This document shows positions 61,795 to 64,000 of a stretch of 64,000 nt of DNA, one piece after another. The DNA is from Halothiobacillus sp. (lineage in GTDB: Bacteria; Pseudomonadota; Gammaproteobacteria; JAAZVP01): the NCBI GenBank assembly GCA_018623495.1, contig JAAZVP010000001.1, forward strand, positions 55,991 to 119,990, given 5' to 3'. The position numbers and the translations under genes are program-made. Position 1 is the stretch's first letter. Each line of letters begins with the position of its first letter. Under the pieces are notes generated by a model. The model saw only the letters and a program-made list of their open reading frames with translations, ran no database searches and was not told where the DNA came from.

Positions 61795-63264
61795 ATGGCG
61801 GATGCCTCCCCCCTCGGCGATCGCCGGGCCGGTCTGCTGCTCCACCCCACCTCGCTGCCCGGCCCCTATGCCCAGGGCGACATCGGCGTCGAGGCGCGCA
61901 ACTTCGTCGACTTTCTGGCTGCCGCGGGCTTTCGCGTCTGGCAGATGCTGCCGGTGGGGCCGGCGGACGGGGCGGGCTCGCCGTACTCCGCCTTCTCCAC
62001 CCATGCCGGCAACCCCGAGCTGATCGACATCGGGGGGCTGGTGGAAATGGGCTGGCTGCTCCCGGCGGAGGCCGAGGCCCCGGGAGGAGATGCCGCCTTC
62101 CGGCGCCGATGCCTCCAGCTCGCCGGTGGCCGTTTCTTCGACGCCGGGGCCGAGCGCGAGGGGCTGGCGGCATTCCGCGAGCGCCACGCCCGCTGGCTGG
62201 AGGATTTCGCGCTCTTCTCCGCCCTGAAACAGCACTTTTCCGGGCGGCCCTGGTTCGAATGGCCCGAGCCGCTGCGACTGCGCGACCCGGACGCCCTGGC
62301 GGCGGCCCGCGACACCCACGCGGCCGCCATCGACCAGGTGGTCTTCGAGCAGTACGTCTTCGAGTGCCAGTGGCAGGCGCTCCGGGGGCACGCCCGGGAG
62401 CGGGGTGTCGCCCTGTTCGGCGACCTGCCCATCTTCGTGGCCCGCGACAGTGCCGAGGTCTGGAGCGAACCCGGCTATTTCAAGCTCGACGCCCACGGGC
62501 AATGCCGGGTGGTGGCCGGCGTGCCGCCGGACTACTTCTCCGCCACCGGCCAGCGCTGGGGCAACCCGGTCTATCGCTGGGACCGCCTCGAGGCCGACGA
62601 CTTTGGCTGGTGGAAGGCGCGCATGGCTACCCAGCTGGCGCGTTTCGACCTGGTGCGCATCGACCATTTCCGCGGCCTCGAGTCGGCCTGGGAGATCCCG
62701 GCGGAATCGGAGGATGCCACCCGGGGTCGGTGGGTGGAGGCCCCCGGACGGGCGCTGCTCGAGGCGCTGCACGCGCATTTCGACGCCCTGCCGCTGGTGG
62801 CCGAGGATCTCGGCGTGATCACCCCCGCCGTGGACGCCCTGCGCGAGGCCTTCGACCTGCCGGGCATGCGCATCCTGCAGTTCGCCTTCGATTCCGACGC
62901 CCGCAATCCCTACCTTCCGCACAACCACGCGGCCAACACCGTGGTCTACACGGGCACCCACGACAACGACACCACCCGCTCCTGGGCGGAGGGGCTGGAT
63001 GCGGCGACGGCCGCGCGGGTGGCCGACTACCTCGGTGAACCGGGGGAGGCGATGCCCTGGCCGCTGGTGCGCGCCGCGCTCGCCTCGGTGGCCCGGCTGG
63101 CGGTGGTGCCCATGCAGGACGTGCTGGCCCTGGGCGGCGAGGCACGCATGAACACCCCGGGCACCGAGGCGGGCAACTGGCGCTGGCGTTTCCAGTGGTC
63201 GCAGGTGGGCGATGGCCTGGCCGGGTACCTGGCCCGGCTCAATGCCCTCTACGGCCGGGGCTGA
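61795..63264 (+). CDS. malQ: 4-α-glucanotransferase (amylomaltase, GH77)
   Basis: RAGLLLHPTSLPGPYAQGDIG. VRIDHFRGL. GTHDNDT. Confidence 0.9.
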   Translation: MADASPLGDRRAGLLLHPTSLPGPYAQGDIGVEARNFVDFLAAAGFRVWQMLPVGPADGAGSPYSAFSTHAGNPELIDIGGLVEMGWLLPAEAEAPGGDAAFRRRCLQLAGGRFFDAGAEREGLAAFRERHARWLEDFALFSALKQHFSGRPWFEWPEPLRLRDPDALAAARDTHAAAIDQVVFEQYVFECQWQALRGHARERGVALFGDLPIFVARDSAEVWSEPGYFKLDAHGQCRVVAGVPPDYFSATGQRWGNPVYRWDRLEADDFGWWKARMATQLARFDLVRIDHFRGLESAWEIPAESEDATRGRWVEAPGRALLEALHAHFDALPLVAEDLGVITPAVDALREAFDLPGMRILQFAFDSDARNPYLPHNHAANTVVYTGTHDNDTTRSWAEGLDAATAARVADYLGEPGEAMPWPLVRAALASVARLAVVPMQDVLALGGEARMNTPGTEAGNWRWRFQWSQVGDGLAGYLARLNALYGRG

Positions 63265-63285
63265 GACCCCGGCCCCCGGCATTCG

Positions 63286-64000
63286 TCAGAGCCAGCGCAT
63301 CAGGCCCAGCTCGTAGGGGTGGGACAGCAGCCGGTGGTTGGGTGCGAAGCGCAGCCGGTAGTACTGGAGCCCGGAGAAGTCCGGGTGGACGTTCAGCCCG
63401 AACAGCCAGCAGCCGTCGCCGCATTCCTCGATGGGGTCGAGGTGGTAACAGGAGAGGGTGCGGAATTCGCCGTTCTCCCGGCTCACCTGGCATTCCACCA
63501 GGATGTCGTCCGGTGTCAGCCCGTTGAGGTCGATGCGCACGCGGATCTCGAGTTCCTGGTCGGCGTAGAGGGCGTCGGGGGCGGGATCGGTGCGCTCGGC
63601 ATGCACGCCGTCCCAGCGCTCGTGGATCTTGCGTTTCCACGCCGCCAGTTCCTCGGCCGGCGCGGCCGCGTCGGCCCGCAGTTGGCGGTGCTTGCGGATC
63701 GACGGCAGGTAGTAGCCGCGGATGTAGTCCATCAGCATCCGCTCGGCATTGAAATGCGGCAGGATCGAGGCGAGCGAGGCCTTCGACATCCGCACCCACT
63801 CCTTGGAGTAGCCGTTGCGGTTGGGCGAGTAGTACTGCGGGATGACCTGCTGCTCGATGATGTCGAGGAGGTCGGATGCCTCCTCGAAGTCACGCTGCTC
63901 GGGGTCGAAGTCGCCGTCGTGGGGCGTGATGGCCCAGCCGTTCTCGCCGTTGTAGCCCTCGGCCCACCAGCCGTCGAGCACCGAGAGGTTGATGCCGCCA
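63286..64000 (-). CDS. glgP: α-glucan (glycogen) phosphorylase family protein, C-terminal part (5' end off window)
   Basis: C-terminal region of GT35 α-glucan phosphorylases (...WAITPHDGDFDPEQRDFEEASDL...). The reading frame is open to the window end. Confidence 0.7.
   Translation of the reverse strand, partial: GGINLSVLDGWWAEGYNGENGWAITPHDGDFDPEQRDFEEASDLLDIIEQQVIPQYYSPNRNGYSKEWVRMSKASLASILPHFNAERMLMDYIRGYYLPSIRKHRQLRADAAAPAEELAAWKRKIHERWDGVHAERTDPAPDALYADQELEIRVRIDLNGLTPDDILVECQVSRENGEFRTLSCYHLDPIEECGDGCWLFGLNVHPDFSGLQYYRLRFAPNHRLLSHPYELGLMRWL

Overview
This 64 kb window is high-GC DNA from a gammaproteobacterium. The gene order from 20 kb onward matches the conserved rne–rluC … leuCD–leuB–asd–fimV–truA–trpF … purF–metZ backbone that I recall from Pseudomonas/Chromatiales-type genomes, so an Ectothiorhodospiraceae-like host is plausible but unproven.

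The window splits into two parts.

(1) 0–17 kb is accessory-looking. It holds two methyl-accepting chemotaxis receptor paralogues either side of a tRNA-Leu(TAA), the vacJ/mlaA and sprT genes, and then a tightly coupled plus-strand operon: osmC–ycjX–ycjF–P2-type cation ATPase–divergent SAM-synthetase paralogue. A convergent three-gene minus-strand module follows it: two stand-alone degenerate heavy-metal-associated (HMA)-like proteins and a small DUF5132-like protein. After that come an EcsC-family protein, a DUF2934 protein and a low-molecular-weight protein-tyrosine phosphatase.

The same cysteine-less HMA-like domain occurs three times: once fused to the N-terminus of the ATPase and once in each of the two stand-alone proteins. 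Together with the ATGA-coupled MetK paralogue this is the best candidate for a previously undescribed transporter-accessory system in the window.

(2) 17–64 kb is a dense, almost entirely plus-strand housekeeping backbone: rne with its long 5' UTR, divergent rluC, a HAD hydrolase, sppA, clpS–clpA, infA, fabD–fabG–acpP–fabF, pabB–pabC–mltG–tmk–holB–pilZ–tatD, an inositol-monophosphatase-family gene, a LysR regulator, leuC–(entericidin-like micro-ORF)–leuD–(secreted β-propeller)–leuB–asd–fimV–truA–trpF–trpB–trpA–accD–folC–dedD–cvpA–purF–L,D-transpeptidase–metZ–glycerate kinase, and a glycogen cluster (glgA, divergent glgC–GH57–malQ, convergent α-glucan phosphorylase).

No CRISPR array, integrase, transposase or rRNA was seen.

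The many long antisense ORFs in the six-frame track are high-GC artefacts. Coordinates taken from the ORF track were checked codon by codon. Small RNA elements, hairpins and repeats were read by eye and may be off by 1–2 nt.
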